This document shows, one piece after another, positions 49,864-60,101 of a stretch of DNA of 64,000 bases (its first letter is position 1; each line of letters starts with the position of its first letter). The DNA is from Candidatus Bathyarchaeota archaeon. Lineage in GTDB: Archaea; Thermoproteota; Bathyarchaeia; Bathyarchaeales; Bathycorpusculaceae. The stretch is taken from the NCBI GenBank assembly GCA_963826715.1, contig CAWGYA010000002.1, forward strand, positions 448,001 through 512,000. Reading direction: 5' to 3'. A program made the position numbers and the translations under genes. The notes beneath the pieces are model-generated. The model was not told the origin of the DNA and searched no databases. It saw only the letters and a program-made list of their open reading frames with translations.

Positions 49864-52056
49864 ATGACGCCCAAGATTTCATCAAATAAGCCTGGCATTT
49901 TTGCCTTACTTAACGGTGATGAGGCAGTTGCACGTGGGGCAGTTGAAGCATCCATCAAAGTTGCCGCTGCCTATCCTGGAACACCATCCACTGAAATTTT
50001 GGAAACCATTGCTGAAGTTGCGAAAGATCATGGGATTTATGCCGAATGGAGCATTAACGAAATCGTTGCCACCGAAGTTGCAGTGGGTGCTTCGATGACG
50101 GGGGTACGCTCGATTGTCTCCATGAAGCATGTAGGTTTAAACGTTGCTGCAGATGCCGTCATGACGCTTGCGTATACGGGAGTAGAAGGGGGCTTGGTTA
50201 TAGCGGTTTGTGATGATCCTGGATTGCACAGTAGCCAAAATGAGCAGGACACCCGCTATTTTGCTGTCCACTCCAAACTTCCGCTACTTGATGCAGGGAA
50301 TCCACAGGAAGCGCTTGAAATGGCACGTGAAGCCTATGAAATCAGCGAAACCCTACATTTGCCTATATTTGTTCGGTTAACTACACGCGTCGCTCATGGC
50401 AAATCACGGGTGAAACTTGGGGAAATCCAAAAGATTAATCGTGTAGCAGAGTTTGACAAGAATTGCTCAAAATGGGTAATGGTTCCCTCAAATGCGATAC
50501 GCCAGCACCGCCTTTTAGAGAACAGATTATTGGAGGCGAAGCAGGAATCCGAGAAATCACGGTTCAATACTATTGAAGATAACGGCGCTGAAATCGGGAT
50601 CATAGGCAGCGGTGTAGGCTACTACTATGCCCGGTCGGTTTTGGACAGCACAAAGTTTTCTTGGCTAAAACTTGGCTTTGTACACCCATTTCCAGCAGAC
50701 CTCACACGAGCCTTTGCAGCAAAAGTAAAAAAAATCATAGTAATAGAGGAACTGCGTCCATACATCGAAGAGAACTTGCAGCGTCTAAAAATTGACGTTA
50801 TCGGTAAAGCTGAGTTAGGTCTTGAGGAAATCGGAGAGTTTACACCCGACAAACTCCGTGCCGCCCTCTCCAAAATTAAGCTAACCACCCCCCCAGAGAA
50901 AAACCTGGAAGTGGGATTACCGCCTCGTCCACCTGCACTTTGCCCCGGATGTCCCCACCGCGCCTTCTACTATGCCCTAAACATGGTTAACCAACATATA
51001 GAATGTGACAGCGTTAAATGTGTGGGGTGCGACATCTGCGAATACACCTGCTCCTTTGAGAAAGAAAAAATTTTCAATCCGCTCAAGTCACGAATTCGCT
51101 CAGTGAGATTGCAGCAAGTCCAAAACACTGCCATTACATGTAAAACATGCTCTAACGCACCCTGCATTGCAGCATGCCCAGAAGATGCGCTTACACAGAA
51201 TAGACAAACAGGAACTGTCAAAGTTGAAGAGGACAAGTGCAAGGGATGCGGCTGGTGCATAGAAGCTTGCCAATATGGCGCCCTCACACTACACCCTATT
51301 ACCCATAAACCACTTATCTGCGATACCTGCAGCGGAGACCCAAAATGCATTCCCACATGCCCCGAGAGCGCCCTTAGTTTAAAAGGTAAATCCGATGACA
51401 AAATAGTCACTGGAGATATCGGCTGCTACACTTTGGGGGTTTTACCTCCTATACAGTCAGTTCAAAGCTGTTTATGTATGGGAGCGGGGATTTCTCAAGC
51501 TTCAGGCATGATTCACGGGGGTGTCAAAGACAAAGTTTTTGCAGTTATTGGAGACTCCACATTCTTCCATGGTGGAATGCCTGGACTACTTAACATAGTG
51601 TATAATCAAGCTAACGTCTGTGTCATCGTCATGGACAACAGCGTAGTAGCTATGACAGGACATCAGCCTACCCCGGGTTCAGGAAAAACCGCAATGGGTA
51701 CCGATGCAAAAATCGTAAACATACCTGAAATTGCTCGCGCCGTTGGAATAGAGAAAGTAATTACCGTAGACCCCTACGATCAAAAAGCTACCATCGATGC
51801 CCTAAGAGAAATTATTAACTACCAAGGACCATCAGTGCTGATATCTAAGCGTCCTTGTCCACTACGCATTGAGAGAGGGAAACCGCGGGAAGTCAAATCG
51901 GAATGCAACAACTGTGGTGTATGCACTAAAGCTTTCGGTTGTCCAGCCATAAGTCAAACCGGTAGCAAAACTGAGATTGACCCCGTCCTATGTAATGGAT
52001 GCGGCGTTTGCGAAACCGTATGCCCATTTGACTCAATAAAGAGGAAAGAACCATGA
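49864..52056 (+). CDS. iorA: Indolepyruvate:ferredoxin oxidoreductase alpha, with internal polyferredoxin insertion
   Basis: YPGTPSTE, MKHVGLNVAAD, SSQNEQD, CPGCPH, GDIGCY, IGDSTFFH, C-terminal ferredoxin. Confidence 0.92.
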   Translation: MTPKISSNKPGIFALLNGDEAVARGAVEASIKVAAAYPGTPSTEILETIAEVAKDHGIYAEWSINEIVATEVAVGASMTGVRSIVSMKHVGLNVAADAVMTLAYTGVEGGLVIAVCDDPGLHSSQNEQDTRYFAVHSKLPLLDAGNPQEALEMAREAYEISETLHLPIFVRLTTRVAHGKSRVKLGEIQKINRVAEFDKNCSKWVMVPSNAIRQHRLLENRLLEAKQESEKSRFNTIEDNGAEIGIIGSGVGYYYARSVLDSTKFSWLKLGFVHPFPADLTRAFAAKVKKIIVIEELRPYIEENLQRLKIDVIGKAELGLEEIGEFTPDKLRAALSKIKLTTPPEKNLEVGLPPRPPALCPGCPHRAFYYALNMVNQHIECDSVKCVGCDICEYTCSFEKEKIFNPLKSRIRSVRLQQVQNTAITCKTCSNAPCIAACPEDALTQNRQTGTVKVEEDKCKGCGWCIEACQYGALTLHPITHKPLICDTCSGDPKCIPTCPESALSLKGKSDDKIVTGDIGCYTLGVLPPIQSVQSCLCMGAGISQASGMIHGGVKDKVFAVIGDSTFFHGGMPGLLNIVYNQANVCVIVMDNSVVAMTGHQPTPGSGKTAMGTDAKIVNIPEIARAVGIEKVITVDPYDQKATIDALREIINYQGPSVLISKRPCPLRIERGKPREVKSECNNCGVCTKAFGCPAISQTGSKTEIDPVLCNGCGVCETVCPFDSIKRKEP

Positions 52057-52634
52057 AACTCGACGTAGTTTTCAGTGGAGTAGGGGGACAAGGAGTAGTT
52101 GTTTTAAGTGACATTTATTGTGAAGCTGCTATGCTTGAGGGTTTTGATGTAGCGAAAGCGGAGATCCATGGAATGGCACAACGTGGAGGTTCAATAGTTG
52201 CCTACACTCGAATAGGAGAAAAAGTTGAATCTCCCCTAATTGAAATAGGAAAAGCAGACGCTATTGTTGGTTTTGAAATATTGGAGACCGCACGTACTCT
52301 TCCGATGCTTAAGAAAAACGGCTCGGTCATAGTCAACATGAAATATATTCCACTTAACTACACCACTTCTGGCTCTAAATCAATAAAAGCAAAAGACTTG
52401 ATTGAATTACTTAAATCTAAAGCGCTGGTTCATGAAATTAAGGGCACCGAAATAGCCCAAGAATTAGGTAACCTACTTGTGGTAAATACGATTCTCTTGG
52501 GCGCCCTCTCAGCACTTCCAGATATACCTGTAAGTGTTGAGAGTTTCAAACAAGCAATTGCAGAAAGACTCAAAGAAAAATACATCAACTTGAACCTAAA
52601 AGCCTTCCAACTCGGTAGAAAAAGCGTTTTTTGA
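52053..52634 (+). CDS. iorB: Indolepyruvate:ferredoxin oxidoreductase beta
   Basis: GVGGQG, EIHGMAQRGGS. Confidence 0.92.
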   Translation: MKLDVVFSGVGGQGVVVLSDIYCEAAMLEGFDVAKAEIHGMAQRGGSIVAYTRIGEKVESPLIEIGKADAIVGFEILETARTLPMLKKNGSVIVNMKYIPLNYTTSGSKSIKAKDLIELLKSKALVHEIKGTEIAQELGNLLVVNTILLGALSALPDIPVSVESFKQAIAERLKEKYINLNLKAFQLGRKSVF

Positions 52635-52694
52635 GTTAATTTTATAAACGATTTGCTTTGATATAACCAAAGAAAAAGCAAAGAGGATGTTATA

Positions 52695-54068
52695 TTGCAA
52701 AAGAAAATTCTAGCCGTTATAGTAGTAATAATAATTGTTGTCGCAATTGTTGCAACGATTCAATTAAGCATGACCCCAGAACCTTCTGCTGATGCACGAA
52801 ATATCAAAATAGGCCTAGTTGCCCCAATATCAGGATCGCCCATCGGACAAGATATGGAACGTGCAGCTCGCATGGCAGTTGATGAAATCAATAATGCAGG
52901 CGGCATACACGTTTCAGGTTGGAACACTAACGTCAACGTAACATTAGTTATTGCTGATACAGTAAATGATGCCCCAGCTAACGCTGTTACTCCAGTAACA
53001 AGAGCTGTTGAAAGCGACCAAGTTGATTTACTCATAGGTGGATACGGCAGTGCAGGCACGCTTGCAAACGAAGTAGTCGCCATCGAAAACAAAATTCCAT
53101 ACATAATCACCGGAGCATCTAACCAACTCGTAACTCGAAGAGGACCCCAAGGCGATTATGGCGGATTCGGAGCAAACGGAGCAAACAGCATTAGTGACTC
53201 TGATGGAATGAGTTACATGTTCCACTATTGTACTACAACATACCATTACAGCAAAACAGTAGTTGACTTTTTTGCCAACGAAATGAAACCTATGGTTGCA
53301 CCCGACCGTGACTTCAGCTTAGCGATACTCTACCGCAACGATGCCTTCGGACAAGGCGTCGAGCAAGCCGTTAAATTCTGGATACAAGATGAAAACCTCC
53401 CAATCACCTTAGTAGCTGACCGAAACTATGACCCAGCAACCACAAACTATCAAACCGACCTAACAGCAGTCGCGACCACCCACCCAGATGCAGTACTTGT
53501 AGTAGACAATCCTGACAAATCACCATTAATAATAAAGCAAGGTTGGAACGACGTTGGCTTAAAAACAGTCTATATCGTTATTGAAAACAACCAAGACCAA
53601 GCATTCTATGACCTTATCGGAAGCACAGGTGATGGACAACTTCTTGAGTCAAGATTCAACCCCTTCATGAACCCCTCATATTCAACAGCGGTACAATCAT
53701 ATGTCACGAAATTCGAGACATTATACCCACATATGATGCCGGGAATGATGGGTGCAGATACGTATGACGCATTCTTCATAGTCAAAGCCGCGATCGAGAG
53801 CGCTGGAACAATCGACAAAGCAGCTGTCAGAGACGCACTTGAAGCAACAAAAATGGACCAGAGTCTCATTCCAACACAATCAGATAAGATTGAATTCAGT
53901 ACTGGCGTTAACTATCATGAAATCGTACCAATGACTTTCGTCGAACAACTAAACTGGGACGCAGAAAACAGCCACCTAACATCACAAATCGTTTGGACTC
54001 CGGATGCCAACAGCAATCTGAAACAAGCAGATTTCACCCTACCCACAGGGTATCAACCTGGACAGTAA
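52695..54068 (+). CDS. ABC substrate-binding protein (LivK/LivJ family)
   Basis: N-terminal anchor, KIGLVAP, EINNAGG, GGYGS. Confidence 0.85.
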   Translation: MQKKILAVIVVIIIVVAIVATIQLSMTPEPSADARNIKIGLVAPISGSPIGQDMERAARMAVDEINNAGGIHVSGWNTNVNVTLVIADTVNDAPANAVTPVTRAVESDQVDLLIGGYGSAGTLANEVVAIENKIPYIITGASNQLVTRRGPQGDYGGFGANGANSISDSDGMSYMFHYCTTTYHYSKTVVDFFANEMKPMVAPDRDFSLAILYRNDAFGQGVEQAVKFWIQDENLPITLVADRNYDPATTNYQTDLTAVATTHPDAVLVVDNPDKSPLIIKQGWNDVGLKTVYIVIENNQDQAFYDLIGSTGDGQLLESRFNPFMNPSYSTAVQSYVTKFETLYPHMMPGMMGADTYDAFFIVKAAIESAGTIDKAAVRDALEATKMDQSLIPTQSDKIEFSTGVNYHEIVPMTFVEQLNWDAENSHLTSQIVWTPDANSNLKQADFTLPTGYQPGQ

Positions 54069-54097
54069 CTGTCCAAACCATCTCTTTTCTTTGTTTC
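54059..54097 (+). terminator. Hairpin plus T-rich tract after the binding-protein gene
   Basis: TGGACAG-TAA-CTGTCCA followed by TCTCTTTTCTTTGTTT. Confidence 0.45.
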
Positions 54098-54166
54098 TCG
54101 CATATTTTAAATAGTTAACTTGAGAATTTATGTCAACCCTAATGTAAAGAGAGGGTTCATTAAAAC

Positions 54167-55045
54167 ATGGACATTACGGCACCAACAATCATTTTAACCT
54201 TAATCTGGGGTCTAGCTATTGGTTGCGTTTACATCTTACTGGCAACAGGGTTAAACATAATTTTTGGCGTCATGAAACTCGTGAACTTTGCGCATGGACA
54301 ACTACTTATGATAGGCGCATATCTAACCTGGACGATAACATATTCTGTTGGATTAAATGCTTACGCATCAATTCTCGTCTCGATGCTAATTGTCGCATTA
54401 ATAGGGGTAGCAGTAGAGCGATTAACTTTCCGCAGAGTTCTGGGGGGAGATAAACTTAATGAGATATTTGTGAGTCTGGGTTTAATTTACATTTTTGAAA
54501 ATGCAGCCATGTTAATTTGGGGAGCAAATTCAAAACAAATTGCAAGTCCATTAAGTGGCATGAGTTTAGCTTTACCCAGTATATCAATAACTTATGATAG
54601 GATAGTCGCGGTATTCGTAGTTGTTGCTACATTAATTGCGTTTGGGTTGCTTATACAGAAAACAAAAATTGGCTTAGCCATGCGAGCGACTAGCCAAAGA
54701 AACAGTACTGCCATGCTTATGGGCATTAATGTTGAAACAATTTATATGCTAACCTTCGCAATCGGTGCAGCTTTAGCAGGTGTTGCTGGAGGATTATACG
54801 GCATCATATTTTCATTTGATTACCAGGTTGGTGCCCTACCAACAATCATTGCCTTTGCCATAATCATACTTGGAGGATTAGGAAGTATAAAGGGCGCCAT
54901 AATTGGAGGCTTACTCTACGGGATCGTTGAACAACTTGCAACTTTATTCTTAGGTGGCGTTTGGGGAAGCGCAGTTGCATTTGCAATGCTCATAGTTGTT
55001 CTCATCATAAGGCCCAACGGAATATTTGGAGAAAAAGGAGAATAA
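54167..55045 (+). CDS. livH: ABC permease
   Basis: GLNIIFGVMKLVNFAHG, GLAMRA, ILGGLGS, RPNGIFG. Confidence 0.9.
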   Translation: MDITAPTIILTLIWGLAIGCVYILLATGLNIIFGVMKLVNFAHGQLLMIGAYLTWTITYSVGLNAYASILVSMLIVALIGVAVERLTFRRVLGGDKLNEIFVSLGLIYIFENAAMLIWGANSKQIASPLSGMSLALPSISITYDRIVAVFVVVATLIAFGLLIQKTKIGLAMRATSQRNSTAMLMGINVETIYMLTFAIGAALAGVAGGLYGIIFSFDYQVGALPTIIAFAIIILGGLGSIKGAIIGGLLYGIVEQLATLFLGGVWGSAVAFAMLIVVLIIRPNGIFGEKGE

Positions 55046-55047
55046 AA

Positions 55048-56151
55048 ATGCAAATTAAACAGTCACTAACATCATTTTTACGCTCCAAAGGCTTCCAAAT
55101 TATGCTAGCCGCATTCGCTATCTTAGCTATAATTCCAATACTTGCTAACAACACCTTTTTTCTCTATGTCTTCACCCTAATCTTTGTATTCGCAATTTAC
55201 GCTTCAAGCTGGAATTTATTAGCAAACTCTGGTCAAGGTTCTCTTGGTCATGCGGCTTTCTTAGGCATTGGCGGTTTTGCGTCAGCACTAATTGGGGGAT
55301 CTATCTCATCAGCCGTAATAGTTAGCTTAGATGTAATAAAAATGCCAATTGGCGTTTTGTCTGTTTTAATTCAAATTGTGGTGATTCTTCTTGGGGGCTT
55401 GCTTTCAGCAGGTGTAGGTCTTTTAATAGGTTTAGCTTGCGTGAGGCTGAAAGCGTGGTATCTCGCGATGGTAACTTTCGGTTTCTCTGTTATCGCAAGT
55501 ACTTTGTCTAGCCAGCTAGATTTTGTCACCAATGGAATAAACGGTTTTGCCCCACCAACGTTGGTGCCTAATGGATACCCATTCTATATTCTTGTCATCT
55601 CATTTGCTGTTGCCTCAATAACAGCGATGTCTTTGATTATGAAATCACCTATGGGTTTAGCATTCCGAGCAATACATGGAAACGAGGCTGAAGCAAAAAT
55701 GATCGGAATAAACACCGCAAAATACAAACTCATCGCATTTGTCATTAGCACTTTCTTTGCAGGTATCGCTGGTGGTTTATACGCGTTTTTTATTAGATTT
55801 ATTCAAAATGATATTTTCTCACCTGCCAACTCTTTTTTGCCGTTGATAATGACCGTAATCGGGGGCTTAGGAACAGTTTCTGGACCCATAATCGGCGCTG
55901 TTTTCCTTGTTTCTCTTCAGCAGACGTTAGTGCTTCCCAGTGTTGTTGAGTCCTTGCGATCATCTCTTGGCGCTTACTTCCCAGGAGTAAGCAATGTTGG
56001 ACCCCCAATAGCGTATTTAACAATAGGCATAATCCTGGTATTGATCGTCATTTTCATGCCGAAAGGATTGGTTTCAGTACCTAACAAACTTAAAGGCCTA
56101 AGTCTTCGGCTTACCAAACTTTATGACCGAATGACAAAAAAAACCAGTTGA
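55048..56151 (+). CDS. livM: ABC permease
   Basis: SWNLL...SLGHAAF, YLAMVT, GGLGT, PKGL. Confidence 0.88.
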   Translation: MQIKQSLTSFLRSKGFQIMLAAFAILAIIPILANNTFFLYVFTLIFVFAIYASSWNLLANSGQGSLGHAAFLGIGGFASALIGGSISSAVIVSLDVIKMPIGVLSVLIQIVVILLGGLLSAGVGLLIGLACVRLKAWYLAMVTFGFSVIASTLSSQLDFVTNGINGFAPPTLVPNGYPFYILVISFAVASITAMSLIMKSPMGLAFRAIHGNEAEAKMIGINTAKYKLIAFVISTFFAGIAGGLYAFFIRFIQNDIFSPANSFLPLIMTVIGGLGTVSGPIIGAVFLVSLQQTLVLPSVVESLRSSLGAYFPGVSNVGPPIAYLTIGIILVLIVIFMPKGLVSVPNKLKGLSLRLTKLYDRMTKKTS

Positions 56152-56167
56152 GGAAGCAGAAATCGAT

Positions 56168-56530
56168 ATGAAAGGAACAGATCATTTTGCCGAAGCGCTA
56201 GGAATTGAAGTACTGGAATCAAAAGATGGCTATGCAAAAGTCTGCATGAAAGTAGAAAGGGTCCACACTAACGCATTGGGTTTTACTCACGGGGGTGCAG
56301 TTTTTTCCTTGGCGGACTACGCTTTTGCATTGGCTTGCAACTTTGGAGACAACGTAGCCGTTGCGGTACAAGTGGACATTAAGTTTTTAAAACCTACAGT
56401 TGAAGGCGACATCTTAACTGCAGAAGCAACAAAAGTTTCTGAAGGTAAGACCACGGGACTTTATCATGTTATGGTTTTGAAAGAAGAAAAAACCGTTGCA
56501 GTTTTTTCAGGTCTGGCTTTCAAAAAATAA
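56168..56530 (+). CDS. paaI: Hotdog-fold thioesterase, PaaI family
   Basis: N.LGFTHGGAVFSLADYAFA. Confidence 0.85.
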   Translation: MKGTDHFAEALGIEVLESKDGYAKVCMKVERVHTNALGFTHGGAVFSLADYAFALACNFGDNVAVAVQVDIKFLKPTVEGDILTAEATKVSEGKTTGLYHVMVLKEEKTVAVFSGLAFKK

Positions 56531-56615
56531 GGTTCTAAAGGATCTAACTAAAACTGTAAAAAGGCTAACAATCCGCCAACAATATTTTTATGTCAGACTC
56601 CAACCTACAGTTATT

Positions 56616-56688
56616 GCTGGGGTGGCCGAATGGTTCAGGCGGTAGCCTGCAGAGCTGCTCTATATGGGTTCAATTCCCATCCCCAGCT
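56616..56688 (+). tRNA. tRNA-Cys(GCA)
   Basis: GCTGGGG/CCCCAGC acceptor stem, anticodon loop CTGCAGA, T-loop GTTCAATTC, U discriminator. Confidence 0.93.
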
Positions 56689-56714
56689 TTTTAGTCCCAT
56701 CCACATAGTTTCAA

Positions 56715-57848
56715 TCATTTAGGCTTCTTGAAGATTTTTCCACCATCATTGTATTCGCCTGTAACGTAGTTGAAGCCATCTTCAATGAGGTCACATGCTT
56801 CCTTAACGTTAGTTGCTACTTTGCAGATGAATTGGTCATCTTCTTTGAATGGAAGTAGCTGAGTGTAAATCAATGTGTTCTTGATGTTCTTGTGACCAAG
56901 CAATTTCATAACGTAAAGAATGTCTTTGGTTCTATGGTATTCCATGGTTGCTTTCCAGTGGCGGAATGTGTGGAAAGTTATTTGTTTAATTCGTGGGTTT
57001 TGTAGTTTTACTGCTAAGGTTTTTCTTTGTTTGTAGTAGCTTGCGGCAAATCCGTTGAGTTCATATGAACCGAACACTCTTGTGCTGTCTTTCTTCTGCG
57101 TTAGTATCATAGCTAAGAGTTTCTCTGAAATCTTGCATACTCTGGGGTTGCTTCCTTTCTCAGGATTGTTCACTCTTATTACTCTGTTGTCAATGTCTAT
57201 GTCTTTCCATTCTACGTGCCATGCTTCTCCAGCTCTAATTGCTGTCTCTTTTAGCAGTTGCAGAAAGGTTGCTGTTTTTCTTCCGCATCCAGCGATTAGG
57301 TCATTGATTTCTTGCTCTTTAGGTATGAATGGGATTTTCTCAATTCTGCGGTATCGTGGTGGTTGCCAAGAAGAGTTATGCATTAGTAGAAAGTTTGTGT
57401 ATGCATCTACGGCGTTTTCTTTTCTGCCTTCGCTCCATTGTTGGTTTGCAATCGTTTCTTTTACTGACTCTGGGTTGGTTAGTACTGCTCCTCTCTGCCA
57501 CAGTATTCTTAGAAGTTTTGATTCTCCTTTTGCTGTGTTTTCTTTTAGTCCTTGTTTGCGCAGATAGATAGCGAATTGTATCAGCTCTATTCTAGTGTCT
57601 GCAAATTGGAGTTCTCCCACAGTTTTGGTTTCTGTGGTAGATACCAAATTTTCCACCTGTATTTTGGCGCATATTTGGTTGGTCCTATCTTCTGGTCCAC
57701 TTCTTAATAGTTTTTTTGTAAAGTTACTGTATCTATAACCACATTTTCTGCAGAGCCAACGCTGAGTTCTTCTCTTTGTGTATCCGTCACGGTATGCTCT
57801 CTTTGAACCGCATTGTGGACACTTGACTTCAGCGTTAACTTCCAGCAT
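56715..57848 (-). CDS. Tyrosine integrase with N-terminal Zn ribbon
   Basis: CPQC...CRKC; AIRAGE, EKG, HTFRH, LGH, IY. Confidence 0.9.
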   Translation of the reverse strand: MLEVNAEVKCPQCGSKRAYRDGYTKRRTQRWLCRKCGYRYSNFTKKLLRSGPEDRTNQICAKIQVENLVSTTETKTVGELQFADTRIELIQFAIYLRKQGLKENTAKGESKLLRILWQRGAVLTNPESVKETIANQQWSEGRKENAVDAYTNFLLMHNSSWQPPRYRRIEKIPFIPKEQEINDLIAGCGRKTATFLQLLKETAIRAGEAWHVEWKDIDIDNRVIRVNNPEKGSNPRVCKISEKLLAMILTQKKDSTRVFGSYELNGFAASYYKQRKTLAVKLQNPRIKQITFHTFRHWKATMEYHRTKDILYVMKLLGHKNIKNTLIYTQLLPFKEDDQFICKVATNVKEACDLIEDGFNYVTGEYNDGGKIFKKPK

Positions 57849-58480
57849 TTGAATCGATTACAATATAATAGTTGAATCAGGTAAGAACTTGGCTATCATA
57901 TCTAACTATGCTATTGACGTGGTTGATACATTTCTCGTATGTTGAAACACACTATGTTGAATGTGAAGAAGACTAAAGCACAGAAGCTCCAACTCAATCA
58001 CAGAAACAGCTAATCAAGTTAACACTTCCCGAAAAGGTGAGATGAAAAAGATGAGGTATGCACATGAAATGTTAGACTGTGTAAACCAAATTAGCGATTC
58101 ATTTCAGCGAGTAGAATTTTGCATTTGATTAATAGCCTTTTTGAGACTTGTTTGACCGTTTCTGTTTTTGTGTTGCAACGATTAGTTTACAGGTTGAAAA
58201 TTGTTCAGTTTAGAAAGCATCAAAAGCGTCTTTTTTGCAATTTTTACTCTTCGAATTGAGCTTTAAAATTCTAATACAGAATAAAATCGATGCTAAGGGC
58301 GAATTTTAGTTCAGAATCACAGTCATAATTTACAATTATGGCAAAATTGCCGAGCTTTAGAAACACAAATAGGCAAAAAATCAATTTTACAGACTTTTTA
58401 CCACTCACAACCTACCCTAAACGCCTTCAAAATCTGTGTTTAGCGCAGTTTCGATATTTTCTGAAAATACCTCTTTTTTA

Positions 58481-58999
58481 TCAGTAACTATCATTGGACA
58501 GCACTCGCCTCATCAGCATTCTTTTCCTTGCTTTTTCTAAGGCTTCCTGTGGAGTCATTTTATCAGCTTCAAAACTCACTTTTCTAACGATGAACACTGA
58601 AGAATGCAATAGTTTTACAAGTTGAGGAAAGCTTCGATTTACTTTGCTTATAGTAATCTCTCCTGTTGGAGAACATGTGAGCCTTGCGCCATAACAATAA
58701 CGCACTTTCGATTTTATGCCGTACTTTGACCGTGGATGCACAATTAGGTCAAAGTAATCAGTAGCTTCAGGAGAGTTACCGTACCGTTGATTATACCTCT
58801 TCATTGCCGTGTAGATTTCTATAAAGTGTGGAAGCTCCGAAAACTTCTGAACTGTGATGAACCGCTTAGGGTACATGTGGGGTTTTCGCTTAAGTGTTGA
58901 AGCGATGTGATGCCAAGTCTGATTTACACCGCTTGCAACTAACCATATACTCATGCTTGCATTGTCATAGTCTTCTTGAAAGCTACTCATTGGTTTCAC
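58481..58999 (-). CDS. Hypothetical protein
   Basis: 172 aa, 3-bp gap from the upstream gene. Confidence 0.55.
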   Translation of the reverse strand: MKPMSSFQEDYDNASMSIWLVASGVNQTWHHIASTLKRKPHMYPKRFITVQKFSELPHFIEIYTAMKRYNQRYGNSPEATDYFDLIVHPRSKYGIKSKVRYCYGARLTCSPTGEITISKVNRSFPQLVKLLHSSVFIVRKVSFEADKMTPQEALEKARKRMLMRRVLSNDSY

Positions 59000-59002
59000 C
59001 GT

Positions 59003-60082
59003 TTAGTCAGGGACATCGATGTATAGTGTTTCTTTTTCTCTATGTGTTAATCTGCTCATTTTACCCCTTTTCGGTGGCTTTGATACTAATCCTTGAACCC
59101 TTGTGTATCGACAGTGAACTTTGTCGTCTTCTATTTTTAGGAATTGAGGACACTTAACACATGTTTGTAGGTTTACTTGACTACCTTTTTTATGAGTAGC
59201 TCCTTTTCCATGTGGGCAGTGAACAAAGATAGCAGTTGGATAGAGTTTACATTGAATTCTAAAGCCTTTAACACTTAGATACTCTGGGCATAGGCGACAT
59301 TCAGCGACATCTATGCCATTGCTTAAGCAGTTCACATTGAGTCTTTGGGAGTAATGTCTTCTTTCTATACCTAAACAATCGACCTTTAAACCAAGTTTTT
59401 TAGTCTTGATTGAATCTTCGTAAAGCCATCTTAAGCAAGGGGTATGCAAGGTTTCTTCTTTAGGTTTCTTTGGTTTGCTGAATCTACAGGTGACGTATTC
59501 GCTCCCAACAGCTTTCGAGTGAGTGCAACAAATTTTCACTTTACTTGCATTTCTAGACTTGTGGAAGCCTTTGAAGAATTGACATCCGATTATCGTTCCA
59601 TCGCTTTGTTGTTTTATGCACTGGTCTATTGTACAAGGTATCCCAGTTTTTGCGCAATTGAAGGAAAAAGGGAACTCTATGTTCAATTGTTTAGTCGGAA
59701 AGAGTTGAACTGTCTTCTCAGTTTTCTTGATTACCTTTCCACATTTAATATAGCCATTAGTTACATCGATTGAATTAAAATAGAAACAGCGTGAACATTC
59801 GCTACTTTTAACGGATTCATGGTTTTTATCAGTACAATTAGTATAGAACTCGAGGAGTTTAATGACGTCTGTAGCTTTGCAGATTAGTCTTGGTGGAATG
59901 TTGGGGTACTTAACAATACCACAGAAGTATTCGCATGCCTTGCAGTGTTTTGTATTAAAAAGAGCTCCAATGAATAGCTTGTTCAGATTTAATGGACACA
60001 AAACGTGAGATGCCTTTCCTGTTGTTGTAGTTACACATTCTTTGTGTTCTTGGAGTGTAGATATGTCGTCTAAAATTTCCAT
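59003..60082 (-). CDS. Cys-rich protein with tandem putative metal-binding repeats
   Basis: About 5 copies of C-xn-CxxCx(Y/F)-xn-C; AGGAG SD. Confidence 0.7.
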   Translation of the reverse strand: MEILDDISTLQEHKECVTTTTGKASHVLCPLNLNKLFIGALFNTKHCKACEYFCGIVKYPNIPPRLICKATDVIKLLEFYTNCTDKNHESVKSSECSRCFYFNSIDVTNGYIKCGKVIKKTEKTVQLFPTKQLNIEFPFSFNCAKTGIPCTIDQCIKQQSDGTIIGCQFFKGFHKSRNASKVKICCTHSKAVGSEYVTCRFSKPKKPKEETLHTPCLRWLYEDSIKTKKLGLKVDCLGIERRHYSQRLNVNCLSNGIDVAECRLCPEYLSVKGFRIQCKLYPTAIFVHCPHGKGATHKKGSQVNLQTCVKCPQFLKIEDDKVHCRYTRVQGLVSKPPKRGKMSRLTHREKETLYIDVPD

Positions 60083-60101
60083 TTGTGTTAACTCCTTGTT
60101 G

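Noticed and set aside
57055-57567. 170-aa plus-strand ORF and similar antisense ORFs across the window (e.g. 50970-51410, 14689-15084)
   Set aside because: Shadows of well-supported genes on the opposite strand
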